Shown here piece by piece: positions 9,249 through 19,011 of a stretch of DNA of 55,238 nt (positions are counted from its first letter, which is position 1; every line of letters starts with the position of its first letter). A program made the translations under genes and the position numbers. The stretch is from Prosthecobacter debontii (GTDB lineage Bacteria; Verrucomicrobiota; Verrucomicrobiia; Verrucomicrobiales; Akkermansiaceae): positions 1 to 55,238 of the forward strand of contig CAMCXJ010000001.1 of assembly GCA_945883455.1 (NCBI GenBank), written 5' to 3'. The notes beneath the pieces are model-generated. The model did no database searches and was not told where the DNA came from. It saw nothing but the letters and a program-made list of their open reading frames with translations.

Positions 9249-10631
9249 ATGTCCTACGATCTCATTGTCATCGGTGGCGGCCCCGCCGGATACGTCGCCG
9301 CCATCCGCGCCGCCCAGCACGGGAAAAAAGTAGCCTGCGTCGAGGCGGACCGCGCGGGCGGCACCTGCTTGAACTGGGGTTGCATCCCCACCAAGGCGCT
9401 CCTTAAAAACGCCGAGCTCTACCAGACGCTCATGCACAAGGCGGGCGAGTTCGGCTTCTCGATCCAAGGGCTTTCCTATGATTGGAGCACGGTGGTCGGG
9501 CGCTCGCGCAAGGTGTCCGATAAGCTCGCGGGCGGCATCGAGTTCCTTTTCAAGAAGAACAAGGTGGATTACGTCCGCGGCTTCGGCTCCATCGAGGGCG
9601 AGGGAAAAGTCGGCGTGAAAGCGGCCGACGGCTCCACGCAGACGCTTGAGGGCAAAACCATCATCATCGCCACGGGCTGCAAATCCCGCCCGCTGCCGCC
9701 GCTGCCATTTAACGGCACTTCCGTAATCGGTTCGAAAGAAGCCATGGTGCTCGCCGAGCAGCCGAAGGAAATGATCATCATCGGCGCGGGCGCGATCGGT
9801 GTTGAATTTGCCTACATCTACAACGCCTTCGGCACGAAGGTGACGCTTGTCGAAATGCTGCCCAACATCCTGCCCGTAGAGGATACCGAGGTCGGCGAGG
9901 CACTTGAGAAATCCCTCACCAAGCAAGGCATCCGCTGCCTAGTAAACACCAAGGTCACTGCCACCAAGGATCTCGGCGACCGCGTGGAAATCACCGTCGA
10001 GGGACCGAAGGAAAAGGGCGTGATCTCCGCCGATGTCTGCCTCGTCGCGATCGGCATCCAGCCAGTCCTTCCCGGCGGTGTGCCGCCCGAATTGACCGAC
10101 CGCGGCTACATCAAGATCGGTGACCGTTACGAAACAAACCTTCCCGGCGTCTATGCCATCGGTGATATCAACGGCCCGCCATGGCTCGCTCACGTCGCTT
10201 CCTTCGAGGCGATGCAGTGCGTCGATGGCCTTTACGTGGACGGCCACAAGCCGCGCATGGTCACGAATTTCCCCGGCTGCACCTACTGCCATCCGCAGGT
10301 CGCCTCGGTGGGAAAAACCGAGCGCGCGCTCAAGGAGGAGGGTGTGGAGTATATCGTCGGGAAAATCCCCTTCGTCGCCATCGGCAAGGCGGTCGCCGCC
10401 GGTGAGACGGACGGCTTCGCGAAACTGCTCTACGGCAAGAAGCACGGCGAGCTGTTAGGCGCGCACATCATCGGCGACAACGCCACAGAGCTCATCGCCG
10501 AAATGGGACTCGCGCTCGACCAAGAACTCACCATCGACGAGATCCACGCCACCATCCACGCCCACCCGACCATGTCAGAGGTGATCCACGAGGCCACCCT
10601 CGCCGCAGAAGGCCACGCGATTCACTTCTGA
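9249..10631 (+). CDS. lpdA: Dihydrolipoyl dehydrogenase (E3)
   Basis: GGGPAGY, redox motif GGTCLNWGCIP, GAGAIGVE and HAHPTMSE. An upstream TTGACA (9191)-17 nt-CACGCT promoter is present. Confidence 0.97.
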   Translation: MSYDLIVIGGGPAGYVAAIRAAQHGKKVACVEADRAGGTCLNWGCIPTKALLKNAELYQTLMHKAGEFGFSIQGLSYDWSTVVGRSRKVSDKLAGGIEFLFKKNKVDYVRGFGSIEGEGKVGVKAADGSTQTLEGKTIIIATGCKSRPLPPLPFNGTSVIGSKEAMVLAEQPKEMIIIGAGAIGVEFAYIYNAFGTKVTLVEMLPNILPVEDTEVGEALEKSLTKQGIRCLVNTKVTATKDLGDRVEITVEGPKEKGVISADVCLVAIGIQPVLPGGVPPELTDRGYIKIGDRYETNLPGVYAIGDINGPPWLAHVASFEAMQCVDGLYVDGHKPRMVTNFPGCTYCHPQVASVGKTERALKEEGVEYIVGKIPFVAIGKAVAAGETDGFAKLLYGKKHGELLGAHIIGDNATELIAEMGLALDQELTIDEIHATIHAHPTMSEVIHEATLAAEGHAIHF

Positions 10632-10635
10632 AGCG

Positions 10636-10831
10636 GTAGCCATGGACTGCTACAGCCTGCTGTAGCTTTCGGCCATGCAGCCCTGCTGCGAGCCGGACGG
10701 CATTCGAACGACTAGGCTTGTTTACTCCCAGTCCTCCGCCGTTGACAGCCCAGCCTTCGCTGAAGCTACGGCGGGCAGGCAGGCTGTCTCACGGAAAGCG
10801 GCAGAGCAGGCTGCCGCAGTCCATGGCCTAC
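10636..10831. repeat. REP/MITE-like composite palindromic element between the convergent lpdA and menH
   Basis: Imperfect terminal inverted arms GTAGCCATGGACTGCTACAGCCTGCTG (from 10636) and AGCAGGCTGCCGCAGTCCATGGCCTAC (to 10831). An internal GCCTTCGCTGAAGCTACGGCGGGCAG is flanked by GACAGCC/GGCTGTC. Confidence 0.75.
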
Positions 10832-10837
10832 GGCGGA

Positions 10838-11632
10838 TCACGCTACAACCCCCGCGATCTTCTCCGCCAGCCACTCCTCGTTTTCCCACGGGACGCGATG
10901 GCCCGCATCCGGTGCGATGGCGAGAGTGAACTGATCCGATAGCCCCGCCGCCGCCTCGGCGATCGCGCGGAATTTCGCATCGTTTTCCCCGGCGATCCAA
11001 AGTGTGGGGATCCTGATTTCCTGCAGCCTTTCCCACAGCGGCTTCTGGTTTCCCACCGACCAATCGACGAAGCTGCGCGCGATCTCGCGGCGGCGCTGCA
11101 TGAGCTTTCCATCCTCGCGGCTGTCGCGCATCGCTCTGCCGAGGAGGGGCTGGGCGTTCCATTTTTCGATGAAGTCCTGCCACGGCAGGGTCAGCGCTTG
11201 CGTAGCCCAAACGGTGTCCGCCACACGCCGCGCCGCCGCTTCGTTGGGATCGCGGCTGCCGGGGTTTGCGGAAATGATCACCGCCGCGTCCCACGGGCCG
11301 CCCTCTAACAGGGCGTGCAGCGCGAGCCGACCGCCCATCGAGTAGCCGATGAGGATGCGCCGCGCCGCTCTGGGGATCTCGCCTTCGGCATCCGCGTTGA
11401 GCCGCTTGCCGAATTCTGGCATGGTTACACTCTCGCATTCCAGGAAGCGCCAGAGATCCACGGCGCGGGTGGAAATGCCCTTCGTGGCAAGTGCCTGCGC
11501 CAGCCCGCGCCAATCCGCTACCGCGCCGACCGCTCCATGCAGACACCAGCACTCCACCGGGGCAAGACTCACATCCCTGACTTTCGCGGCGGCTTGGAGA
11601 CGCTCGTCGGTTTGCTTGGTGGTGTGTATCAC
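10838..11632 (-). CDS. menH: Alpha/beta hydrolase, MenH (SHCHC synthase)-like; the start may be the GTG at 11557
   Basis: LHG oxyanion region, GYSMGGRLAL nucleophile elbow, GENDAKF and AGHRVPWE; divergent from menB. Confidence 0.8.
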   Translation of the reverse strand: MIHTTKQTDERLQAAAKVRDVSLAPVECWCLHGAVGAVADWRGLAQALATKGISTRAVDLWRFLECESVTMPEFGKRLNADAEGEIPRAARRILIGYSMGGRLALHALLEGGPWDAAVIISANPGSRDPNEAAARRVADTVWATQALTLPWQDFIEKWNAQPLLGRAMRDSREDGKLMQRRREIARSFVDWSVGNQKPLWERLQEIRIPTLWIAGENDAKFRAIAEAAAGLSDQFTLAIAPDAGHRVPWENEEWLAEKIAGVVA

Positions 11633-11736
11633 CTTTTCTCCTGCGCCTCCTGGGGTTCGTCGGTGTTCTGGGTGTGCTCCTCAGTGGCGGTGCGCCTTAC
11701 GCCCGGACATTCTTTCCACGGCATTTTTTCCCCCAT
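11629..11736 (-). CDS. Candidate leaderless small ORF (35 aa, MGEKMPWKECPGVRRTATEEHTQNTDEPQEAQEKR)
   Basis: TTGACA (11771-11766)-17 nt-TAGCCA-6 nt-ATG (11736). Its TGA overlaps the GTG at 11632 in the menH frame. Confidence 0.4.
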   Translation of the reverse strand: MGEKMPWKECPGVRRTATEEHTQNTDEPQEAQEKR

Positions 11737-11860
11737 GGCGTTTGGCTATCAGAGGAAGCCGGAAGTGTCAACCGCCCGAGGAGCGAGGGAGGTGGCGGGC
11801 GGCTTTCTTTCCCGGATTCGCGGTTGAACCGGGGCGGGGTAGGGTTCAGATTGCGCGGCG

Positions 11861-12676
11861 ATGTGGATTTCCAAACATGACTTCGAAGACATCCGTTACG
11901 AGACGACGGAGGATGGCGCGATCGCCAAGATCACGATCAACCGCCCCGAGGTGCGCAACGCCTTCCGGCCGCTGACGGTGACAGAAATGCTGCGCGCCTT
12001 CGACATGGCGCACGAGGATCCGCAGGTGGGGGTGATCATTTTAACCGGCGAGGGCGATCTCGCGTTCTGCTCCGGCGGCGACCAGAAAGTCCGCGGCCAT
12101 GCCGGATACGTCGGCGGCGACGGCATACCGCGTCTCAACGTTCTCGATCTCCAGAAGAAAATCCGCTCCCTGCCGAAGCCGGTTGTTGCGATGGTTGCGG
12201 GCTACGCGATCGGCGGCGGGCACGTGCTCCACGTCGTCTGCGATCTTACCATCGCGGCGGACAACGCGCGCTTTGGCCAGACCGGCCCGAAAGTCGGCAG
12301 CTTCGATGGCGGCCTTGGCTCCAGTTACCTTGCCCGCATCGTCGGCCAGAAAAAGGCGCGGGAAATCTGGTATCTCTGCCGCCAGTATGATGCGCAGCAG
12401 GCGCTCGATATGGGCTTGGTGAATACCGTCGTGCCCCTTGCCGAACTGGAAACGGAGACGATCAAGTGGTGCCGGGAAATGCTCGCCCACTCCCCGCTCG
12501 CCCTGCGCTGCCTCAAGTCCGCCCTCAACGCGGATTGCGACGGACAGATGGGGCTGCTCGATCTCGCGGGCAACGCCACCCTGCTCTACTACATGTCCGA
12601 GGAGGGTCGCGAAGGCAAAGAGGCGTTTCTCGAAAAACGCGCGCCGGATTTCTCGAAGTTTCCGAGGGTGCCGTGA
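11861..12676 (+). CDS. menB: 1,4-dihydroxy-2-naphthoyl-CoA synthase
   Basis: [34 protein letters not shown] and [10 protein letters not shown]. Confidence 0.98.
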   Translation: MWISKHDFEDIRYETTEDGAIAKITINRPEVRNAFRPLTVTEMLRAFDMAHEDPQVGVIILTGEGDLAFCSGGDQKVRGHAGYVGGDGIPRLNVLDLQKKIRSLPKPVVAMVAGYAIGGGHVLHVVCDLTIAADNARFGQTGPKVGSFDGGLGSSYLARIVGQKKAREIWYLCRQYDAQQALDMGLVNTVVPLAELETETIKWCREMLAHSPLALRCLKSALNADCDGQMGLLDLAGNATLLYYMSEEGREGKEAFLEKRAPDFSKFPRVP

Positions 12677-12765
12677 TTGGTTAATAAGGAGTTTTCTTTC
12701 AACGCATTCAGAGGAGGTGAGAAAATTTCCTTTCATCATAGCGACGTGGTGCTTCCCTGCGTCGC

Positions 12766-13470
12766 ATGCATGGGGCGCTGATTTTTGATCTGGATGGCAC
12801 GCTGGTGGAGTCGCTGCCAGGCATCGCCGCCTCGCTGAACCGTGCGCTTGCGCGGCACGGCTTGCCAGGACACGGAGATGCGACGGTGCGGGGTTTCATC
12901 GGCGATGGAGCCCGCCTGCTCGTTACCCGCGCGATGGCTCCCAACGTGGCGGAGCCGCAGCTTGAAAGCGTGTTGCGGAGTTTTGGAGAGGATTATGCCG
13001 CCTCATGGCAAAACGGCACAGCGCCTTACCCCGGCATCACCTCCCTGCTTGCCGACCTCCGGGCACGCGGCGTGGCTCTCGCCGTGCTTTCTAACAAACC
13101 CGACGCATTTACTACGGAGATAGTCGCGAAACTTTTTCCCGAAGGCACCTTCACCGCCGTGCTTGGACACCGCGAAGGCATGCCTCACAAGCCCGCTCCG
13201 GCTGGCGCCTTGGCAACCGCCGCCGTCCTCGGGTTCGCCCCGGCAAACTGTATCCTGATCGGCGACTCCACCATGGATCTCGATACCGCCCGCAATGCCG
13301 GCATGGCATCCATCGCCGTTACGTGGGGCTACCATGACCGCGAACGCCTGCTCGGCGCGGATAGGCTGGTGGAAAACGTGGAGGAGCTCGAAATGCTGCT
13401 CGCCGCTTTTTTCCCAAGCCAGCGAACGCGCGGCGGGAAATCCTCACCCGCAGGCTTTCCAAACGGCTAG
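12766..13470 (+). CDS. HAD family hydrolase (phosphoglycolate phosphatase-like)
   Basis: FDLDGTL (second Asp-region residue reads VES), LSNK, HKPAP, IGDS..D and VTWGY. Confidence 0.85.
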   Translation: MHGALIFDLDGTLVESLPGIAASLNRALARHGLPGHGDATVRGFIGDGARLLVTRAMAPNVAEPQLESVLRSFGEDYAASWQNGTAPYPGITSLLADLRARGVALAVLSNKPDAFTTEIVAKLFPEGTFTAVLGHREGMPHKPAPAGALATAAVLGFAPANCILIGDSTMDLDTARNAGMASIAVTWGYHDRERLLGADRLVENVEELEMLLAAFFPSQRTRGGKSSPAGFPNG

Positions 13471-13554
13471 GCCTTTGCCAAAAGTCCGTACTTTATTTGG
13501 AAGGTGGGGGTAAGATTTGCCCACAACGGCCTGGGGCTGGAATCCCAAGCCACG
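13435..13554 (-). repeat. Dispersed ~120-bp repeat, copy A (starts with a REP-like hairpin)
   Basis: The reverse complement CGTGGCTTGGGATTCCAGCCCCAGGCCGTTGTGGGCAAATCTTACCCCCACCTTCCAAATAAAG... aligns with 23159-23280. Confidence 0.8.
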
Positions 13555-13708
13555 ATTCAAAACGAAAGAACTTTTGGCAGACGGTCTAAGCTGAAATTTA
13601 CGCGATATCAGACAGCTACCGCCACACGGTGTGTGCCGTGAATTTATCATTCTTTATCGGGTAAGATACGCGGACAGTTACGGCGCATCCGGCCAAGTTG
13701 GAAGTTCC

Positions 13709-15070
13709 TTAAAGCTCCAGTAGCAACCGGTGCGGGGCTTCGAGAGCGTCCTTGATGCGGATGAGGAAAGTGACGGCTTCCTTGCCATCGACGAGGCGGT
13801 GATCGTAGCTGAGGGCGAGGTACATCATCGGGCGGATGACGACTTGGCCGTTGAGGGCGACGGGGCGCTGCTGGATGGTGTGCATGCCGAGGATGCCGCT
13901 TTGAGGCGGGTTAAGGATGGGCGTGCTGAGGAGCGAGCCGTAGGTGCCGCCGTTGGAAATGGTGAACACGCCGCCTTGCAAATCCTCGATGGCGATCTTG
14001 CCTTCCTTACCTTTTTTCGCGTAGTCGAGGATGTCCTGCTCGATGCGGGCGAAGGATTTCCCGTCGCAGTCACGGAGCACGGGGACGATGAGGCCTTTTT
14101 CGGTGCCGATGGCGACGCCGATGTCATAGTAATGGTTCTCGATGATGTCGGTGCCATCGATGCGGCCGTTGATAGATGGCACGTCTTTGAGCGCTTGGGT
14201 AACGGCTTTGACGAAAAAGGACATAAAGCCGAGCTTCACACCGTATTTTTTCAGGAAATCCTCCTGCACGCTTTTCCGGAGCTCCATGACGGCGGTCATA
14301 TCGACCTCGTTGAAGGTGGTGAGGATCGCGGCGGTCTGCTGGGCATTGACAAGATGGGTCGCGATCTTGCGGCGCAGCATCGACATTTTTTTCCGCGTCG
14401 TACGTCCTTCGGTGACGGGCGCGACGGGTTTTTCCGGCGCGGCGGGGGCAGAAATGACAGCGAGCTCGGGCTTGGGTCGGGGGGCGGGTGCTGCCGCCGG
14501 TGCGGGAGCGGCGACTTGCGTTGCGGCACCTCCGGGGGTGATTTTGGCGATCACATTACCAATGGGAACTTCCTCGCCTTCGGGGACAAGAATGTGGAGC
14601 GTGCCGGAAACTGGGGCTTCGAGGTCGTTGGAGACCTTATCGGTTTCGAGGGAAACGAGGATTTCGCCTTTCTCGACGCGGTCGCCATCCTTCTTGCGCC
14701 AGGCGGCGATGTTCGCGGAGGTGATGGATTCGCCGGCGGCGGGCACTTTGATCTCGACAGTTGCGCCGGATGTTACTGGCGGAGCGGGAGGTGTGGGAGG
14801 TGTGGCGATCGCGGGCGCTGCGGCGAGTTGCCCAGCACTGGTTTCGAGTTTCCCGATCACCGTGCCGATAGAGACTTCCTCGCCCTCGCCGACGGTGATG
14901 GTGAGGACGCCGTCGGCCTCGGCTTCGAGTTCGTTGGAAACCTTGTCGGTCTCGAGGCTTACGAGCGGCTCGCCTTTTTTGACGGAGTCGCCGTTGCTTT
15001 TATACCATTTCGCAATGTTTGCGGAGGTGATGGATTCGCCGGCGGCGGGCACTTTGATGTCGATGGCCAT
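13709..15070 (-). CDS. sucB: 2-oxoglutarate dehydrogenase E2 (dihydrolipoyl succinyltransferase) with two lipoyl domains
   Basis: Two LETDKV lipoyl motifs; [25 protein letters not shown] and [10 protein letters not shown]; directly downstream of sucA. Confidence 0.95.
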   Translation of the reverse strand: MAIDIKVPAAGESITSANIAKWYKSNGDSVKKGEPLVSLETDKVSNELEAEADGVLTITVGEGEEVSIGTVIGKLETSAGQLAAAPAIATPPTPPAPPVTSGATVEIKVPAAGESITSANIAAWRKKDGDRVEKGEILVSLETDKVSNDLEAPVSGTLHILVPEGEEVPIGNVIAKITPGGAATQVAAPAPAAAPAPRPKPELAVISAPAAPEKPVAPVTEGRTTRKKMSMLRRKIATHLVNAQQTAAILTTFNEVDMTAVMELRKSVQEDFLKKYGVKLGFMSFFVKAVTQALKDVPSINGRIDGTDIIENHYYDIGVAIGTEKGLIVPVLRDCDGKSFARIEQDILDYAKKGKEGKIAIEDLQGGVFTISNGGTYGSLLSTPILNPPQSGILGMHTIQQRPVALNGQVVIRPMMYLALSYDHRLVDGKEAVTFLIRIKDALEAPHRLLLEL

Positions 15071-15094
15071 GATGGGAGGGGAGTTGTTGTGGAA

Positions 15095-17863
15095 TCAGAT
15101 TTCGAAAGCTTTGGTGAGCAGGGCTTTTTGCTCGCGGTAATGCATGGCCTTTGAGCCGGCGGCGGGGCTGGAGCCGGGCTTGCGGCCAGCGTAGAGCGGG
15201 CGGGCGCCGAGGGCTTCCTCGATGCGCGGCTCGATGTAGGACCATGCGCCCATGTTGCGCGGCTCCTCTTGGCACCAGACGAAGCGAGTGACCTGCGGGA
15301 ATTGCACGGAAAGAGCAGCGACCATTTCCCCATGAAAAGGATAGAGCTGCTCGATGCGGATGAGCGCGGTATCGGTGATGCCGGCGGCATCGCGATGCGC
15401 GGCGAGATCGTAGAAAACCTTGCCAGTACAGAAAATGATGCGTTTTACATCCGCCGGGTTCGCGAACGGCATGGGATCCGGCAGGACTTCTTGAAAGCAG
15501 GAGCCTTCGAGGAAATCGGCCTCCGAGGAGACCGCTTCCGGGCGGCCGAGCAGGCTTTTCGGGGTCATCAGGATGAGTGGTTTGCGGAAACCGCAGCGCT
15601 TCTGGCGGCGCAAGGCGTGGAAGTATTGGGCGGGTGTGGTGAAATTTCCGACGATCAGGTTATCCTCCGCGCAGAGCTGGAGGAAGCGCTCGAGGCGGGC
15701 GCTGGAGTGCTCGGGGCCCATGCCTTCGTAGCCGTGCGGCAGCAGCATCACAAGGTCGGACGGCGTCTGCCATTTCGACTCCGCCGAGGAAATGAACTGG
15801 TCGATGATGACCTGTGCCCCGTTCGAGAAATCACCGAACTGCGCTTCCCAGAGGATCAGCATTTCCGGGTAGCTCAGCGAGTAGCCGTAGTCGAAACCGA
15901 GGACTGCAAATTCCGAGAGCAGTGAATTGTAAACGCAGAATTTCGCCTGCTGCGCGGAAAGGTGTTGCAGCGGGATGTGGCGGGCGCGGGTTTCGTAATC
16001 GTAGAACACCGCGTGTCGCTGCGAGAAAGTACCGCGGCGGCAATCCTGGCCGGAAAGGCGAACGGGCGAGCCTTCCAGCAGCAACGCGCCGAAAGCGAGG
16101 GATTCCGCGAACGCCCAATCGAAGGGGCCGCCGTTGGTCATGGCCTCAGTGCGGCGCGGCAGGAAACGTTTCTCCAGCGTGGGGTTCAGTGTAAAACCGT
16201 CCGGTACCGAAGTAAGAGCTTTCCCGATGCTCTGCAGCATCTCGCGGGAAATGCCGGTGGGCACCGGAGCGTGAGAGTAGGGCGGTTGGATGATCGCGGT
16301 GGAGCCGCTAAACACCGTGCGGTCACCCGCCTCTGACATCGCGATCATTTTCTGATGACCCGCCTCCAGCCGATCCCAGATCGCCTGCTCGAGCGCGTCG
16401 GCATCGGCTTGGGAAAGCACTCCGTCGGTGATGAGCTGGCGTTTGTAAACTTGGCCGAACGTTTCGCGCGCGGCGATCTGCTTGGATACGAGCGGTTGGG
16501 TGAAAGCCGCCTGATCCGCCTCGTTGTGGCCTTGGCGGCGGTAGCAATACATGTCGATCACGATGTCGCGACCGAATTTCTGGCGGAACTCAAGGGCGAA
16601 TGTCGCCGCCCAATTAAGCTCCCTCGGATCCTCGCCGTTGACGTGGAGGATGGGTGCCTCGATCATTTTTGCGACGTCCGTGGCATAGGCCGAAGAGCGG
16701 GCATCAGCGGGCATGGTGGTGAAGCCGATCTGGTTGTTGATGATGAGGTGGATCGTGCCGCCGGTGCGGTAGCCGGGGAGTTGGGAAAGATTCAGCACCT
16801 CCGCGACGGAGCCCTGGCCCGCGAAGGCGGCATCGCCATGGAGAAGGATGGGCAGCACGCGCTTGCGGTCGGTGGCAACGCCGTCGTCGCCGATCACGCG
16901 TTGGCGCGCGCGGGCCTTGCCCTCGACGATGGAATTTACCGCTTCAAGGTGACTTGGGTTTGCTGCAAGGCTGACGCGGACATTTCCATCCGCTAATTCG
17001 CGAACGCTCTCGTAGCCGAGGTGGTATTTCACATCGCCATCGCCGGCGACGAGGCCGGGCTCGTATTCGGGCGTGAACTCGTAAAGCAGGGTGGTGAGGG
17101 ATTTGCGGACGAAATTCGCCAAGATGTTGAGGCGGCCGCGGTGGGCCATACCCATCTCGATTTCCAGCACGCCCTGCTTAGGGCAGCTTTCCAAAAGTGC
17201 GTTAAGGACAACCATCGCACCCTCCCCGCCTTCGAGTGAAAAGCGTTTTTCGCCGAGGAATTTTTTTGCTAGGAAATTTTCGAAGGTCTCCGCTTCGAGG
17301 AGCCAGCGCAGGGATTTTACCTGCATCTCTGCGGTTTCCCCGACACCGTGCGAGCCATGCTGCTCGATCCGCTCGCGCACCCAGTGGCGCACAGTGGTAT
17401 TGTGGATGTGCATGAACTCGAAGCCGATTTTGCCGGAGTAGGTCATCTTCAGCGCCGCCACCATATTGCGCAGCTTCATCTTCGCGCCGCGTAGGAAAAA
17501 CGGGTTCGAGGCCTCGCGCTCCATCTCCGCTTCAGTGAAGTTGTATTCGCTCAGGCTCAGGCGCGGGTTGATCTCCGGATTCTCATCGAGCGGATTGATC
17601 TGCGCCTGGGTGTGGCCGAGCGTGCGGTAGTTGTAAATCAGGCCGACGACCTTGCCGTTGAACTCGAGATCTGCGGCGGGAACAGTCTCCACGTCGGCTT
17701 CCGCAGTTTGTCCGCCTTTCGCTTTCGCCTGGGAAACGCCCAGTTCAAAGCCCTCGAAGAAAGCCGACCATGTGCCCTCCACCGAGCGCGGATCCTCGCA
17801 CCACTGTGCATATTTTTCTTCTAATAGATCCGAATTGAGGCGCGCCGAAACCGTAGAGTTCAT
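15095..17863 (-). CDS. sucA: 2-oxoglutarate dehydrogenase E1
   Basis: KRFSLEGGE, GMAHRGRLN, GDVKYHLG, HGDAAFAGQG, WEAQFGDF and GPEHSSARLERFLQ. The start is placed at ATG 17863 (MNSTVSARLN). Confidence 0.97.
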   Translation of the reverse strand: MNSTVSARLNSDLLEEKYAQWCEDPRSVEGTWSAFFEGFELGVSQAKAKGGQTAEADVETVPAADLEFNGKVVGLIYNYRTLGHTQAQINPLDENPEINPRLSLSEYNFTEAEMEREASNPFFLRGAKMKLRNMVAALKMTYSGKIGFEFMHIHNTTVRHWVRERIEQHGSHGVGETAEMQVKSLRWLLEAETFENFLAKKFLGEKRFSLEGGEGAMVVLNALLESCPKQGVLEIEMGMAHRGRLNILANFVRKSLTTLLYEFTPEYEPGLVAGDGDVKYHLGYESVRELADGNVRVSLAANPSHLEAVNSIVEGKARARQRVIGDDGVATDRKRVLPILLHGDAAFAGQGSVAEVLNLSQLPGYRTGGTIHLIINNQIGFTTMPADARSSAYATDVAKMIEAPILHVNGEDPRELNWAATFALEFRQKFGRDIVIDMYCYRRQGHNEADQAAFTQPLVSKQIAARETFGQVYKRQLITDGVLSQADADALEQAIWDRLEAGHQKMIAMSEAGDRTVFSGSTAIIQPPYSHAPVPTGISREMLQSIGKALTSVPDGFTLNPTLEKRFLPRRTEAMTNGGPFDWAFAESLAFGALLLEGSPVRLSGQDCRRGTFSQRHAVFYDYETRARHIPLQHLSAQQAKFCVYNSLLSEFAVLGFDYGYSLSYPEMLILWEAQFGDFSNGAQVIIDQFISSAESKWQTPSDLVMLLPHGYEGMGPEHSSARLERFLQLCAEDNLIVGNFTTPAQYFHALRRQKRCGFRKPLILMTPKSLLGRPEAVSSEADFLEGSCFQEVLPDPMPFANPADVKRIIFCTGKVFYDLAAHRDAAGITDTALIRIEQLYPFHGEMVAALSVQFPQVTRFVWCQEEPRNMGAWSYIEPRIEEALGARPLYAGRKPGSSPAAGSKAMHYREQKALLTKAFEI

Positions 17864-17997
17864 GGGGATACTAGTGTGGCGGGCTGTTTGGAGAGGGGGA
17901 AAAAGTCCTTTCCGGCAACGCGCGGAGAGTTTGTTAAAGGGCGAGAGGGCTTGCGTCAACCTTCGCCGCCTGAAAATATCCCCCCGCCCCGGCACCG

Positions 17998-18930
17998 ATG
18001 ATCGAAGTCAACAACCTCTCCAAACGCTACGGACGCCATCTGGCCGTCCGCGATGTCTCCTTTTCTGTAGCGAAAGGGGAGATCATCGGTTTCCTCGGAC
18101 CGAACGGCGCGGGCAAAACCACCACCCTGCGCATGCTCACCGGCTACCTGCCGCCCTCGTCCGGCTCGGCCACCGTCGCCGGATTCGATATCTTCCGGCA
18201 ATCCATCGAGGCACGGAAACGCATCGGCTACATGCCGGAAAACGTCCCGCTCGACGACGACATGCGGGTCCGCGAATATCTGTCCTTCCGCGCCCGCATC
18301 AAGGGACTATCCAACAGCGACGCCCGCCGCCGCGTCTCCCACGTGATCGACACCTGCGGCCTAGAGGCAGTGAAGCGGAAAATGATCAAGACCCTTTCCA
18401 AAGGATACCGCCAGCGCGTAGGCCTCGCGGATGCCCTCGTCCACCAACCAGACTTGCTCATTCTCGACGAGCCGACGAACGGACTCGACCCCGTCCAGAT
18501 CCGCCAGATTCGGGAGCTCATCAGGCACCTCGCACTGAACCACACCGTATTGATCTCCACCCATATCTTGAGTGAAGTGGAAATGATCGCCAGCCGCGTG
18601 ATCATCATCGACGGCGGGAGAATCAAGGCCGCCGACACCCCGCAGAACCTGATTTTCGAAATGCGTGCTGCCAGTCGTATCCAGTTGGAACTACAAGCCC
18701 CGGCGGATGTGATCACCCCTCCCCTCACCGAGCTGCCTTTTGTGAAAAAGGTTACCTCAGAGGAACTGGAGGAAGGCTGGGTGCGCTTCATGGTGTGGGT
18801 CGATTCCGGCACCGACACCCGCGAATCCCTCTATGCCGTCGCATCCCACAACAACTGGCCGCTGCGCTCTCTCTTCCGCCAAGAAGCCACGCTCGAGGAC
18901 GTGTTCGTGGAACTCACTCGGAAGGACTAA
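17998..18930 (+). CDS. ABC transporter ATP-binding protein (GldA-like)
   Basis: GPNGAGKTT, LSKGYRQRVGLA, LILDEPT and STHILSEV. Confidence 0.92.
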   Translation: MIEVNNLSKRYGRHLAVRDVSFSVAKGEIIGFLGPNGAGKTTTLRMLTGYLPPSSGSATVAGFDIFRQSIEARKRIGYMPENVPLDDDMRVREYLSFRARIKGLSNSDARRRVSHVIDTCGLEAVKRKMIKTLSKGYRQRVGLADALVHQPDLLILDEPTNGLDPVQIRQIRELIRHLALNHTVLISTHILSEVEMIASRVIIIDGGRIKAADTPQNLIFEMRAASRIQLELQAPADVITPPLTELPFVKKVTSEELEEGWVRFMVWVDSGTDTRESLYAVASHNNWPLRSLFRQEATLEDVFVELTRKD

Positions 18931-19011
18931 TGGTTTAAAGATAGACGTCCTGCGTTGCGGGAAAAGCCGCTTGTGCCCTCCCCTAGGGGTGGTATGAGCA
19001 TATCCACAACT

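Noticed and set aside
14560-15070. DNA direct repeat within sucB (GCGGAGGTGATGGATTCGCCGGCGGCGGGCACTTTGAT twice)
   Set aside because: It is explained by the duplicated lipoyl domain and is not an independent element.
17864-17995. N-terminal extensions in the ORF track (sucA; similarly sprT 23160, S8 41364, glgB 41534, glgP 49872, fabV 51135, UPF0175 52277)
   Set aside because: They run through promoter or repeat DNA, and family-like sequence begins only at the downstream start codons.
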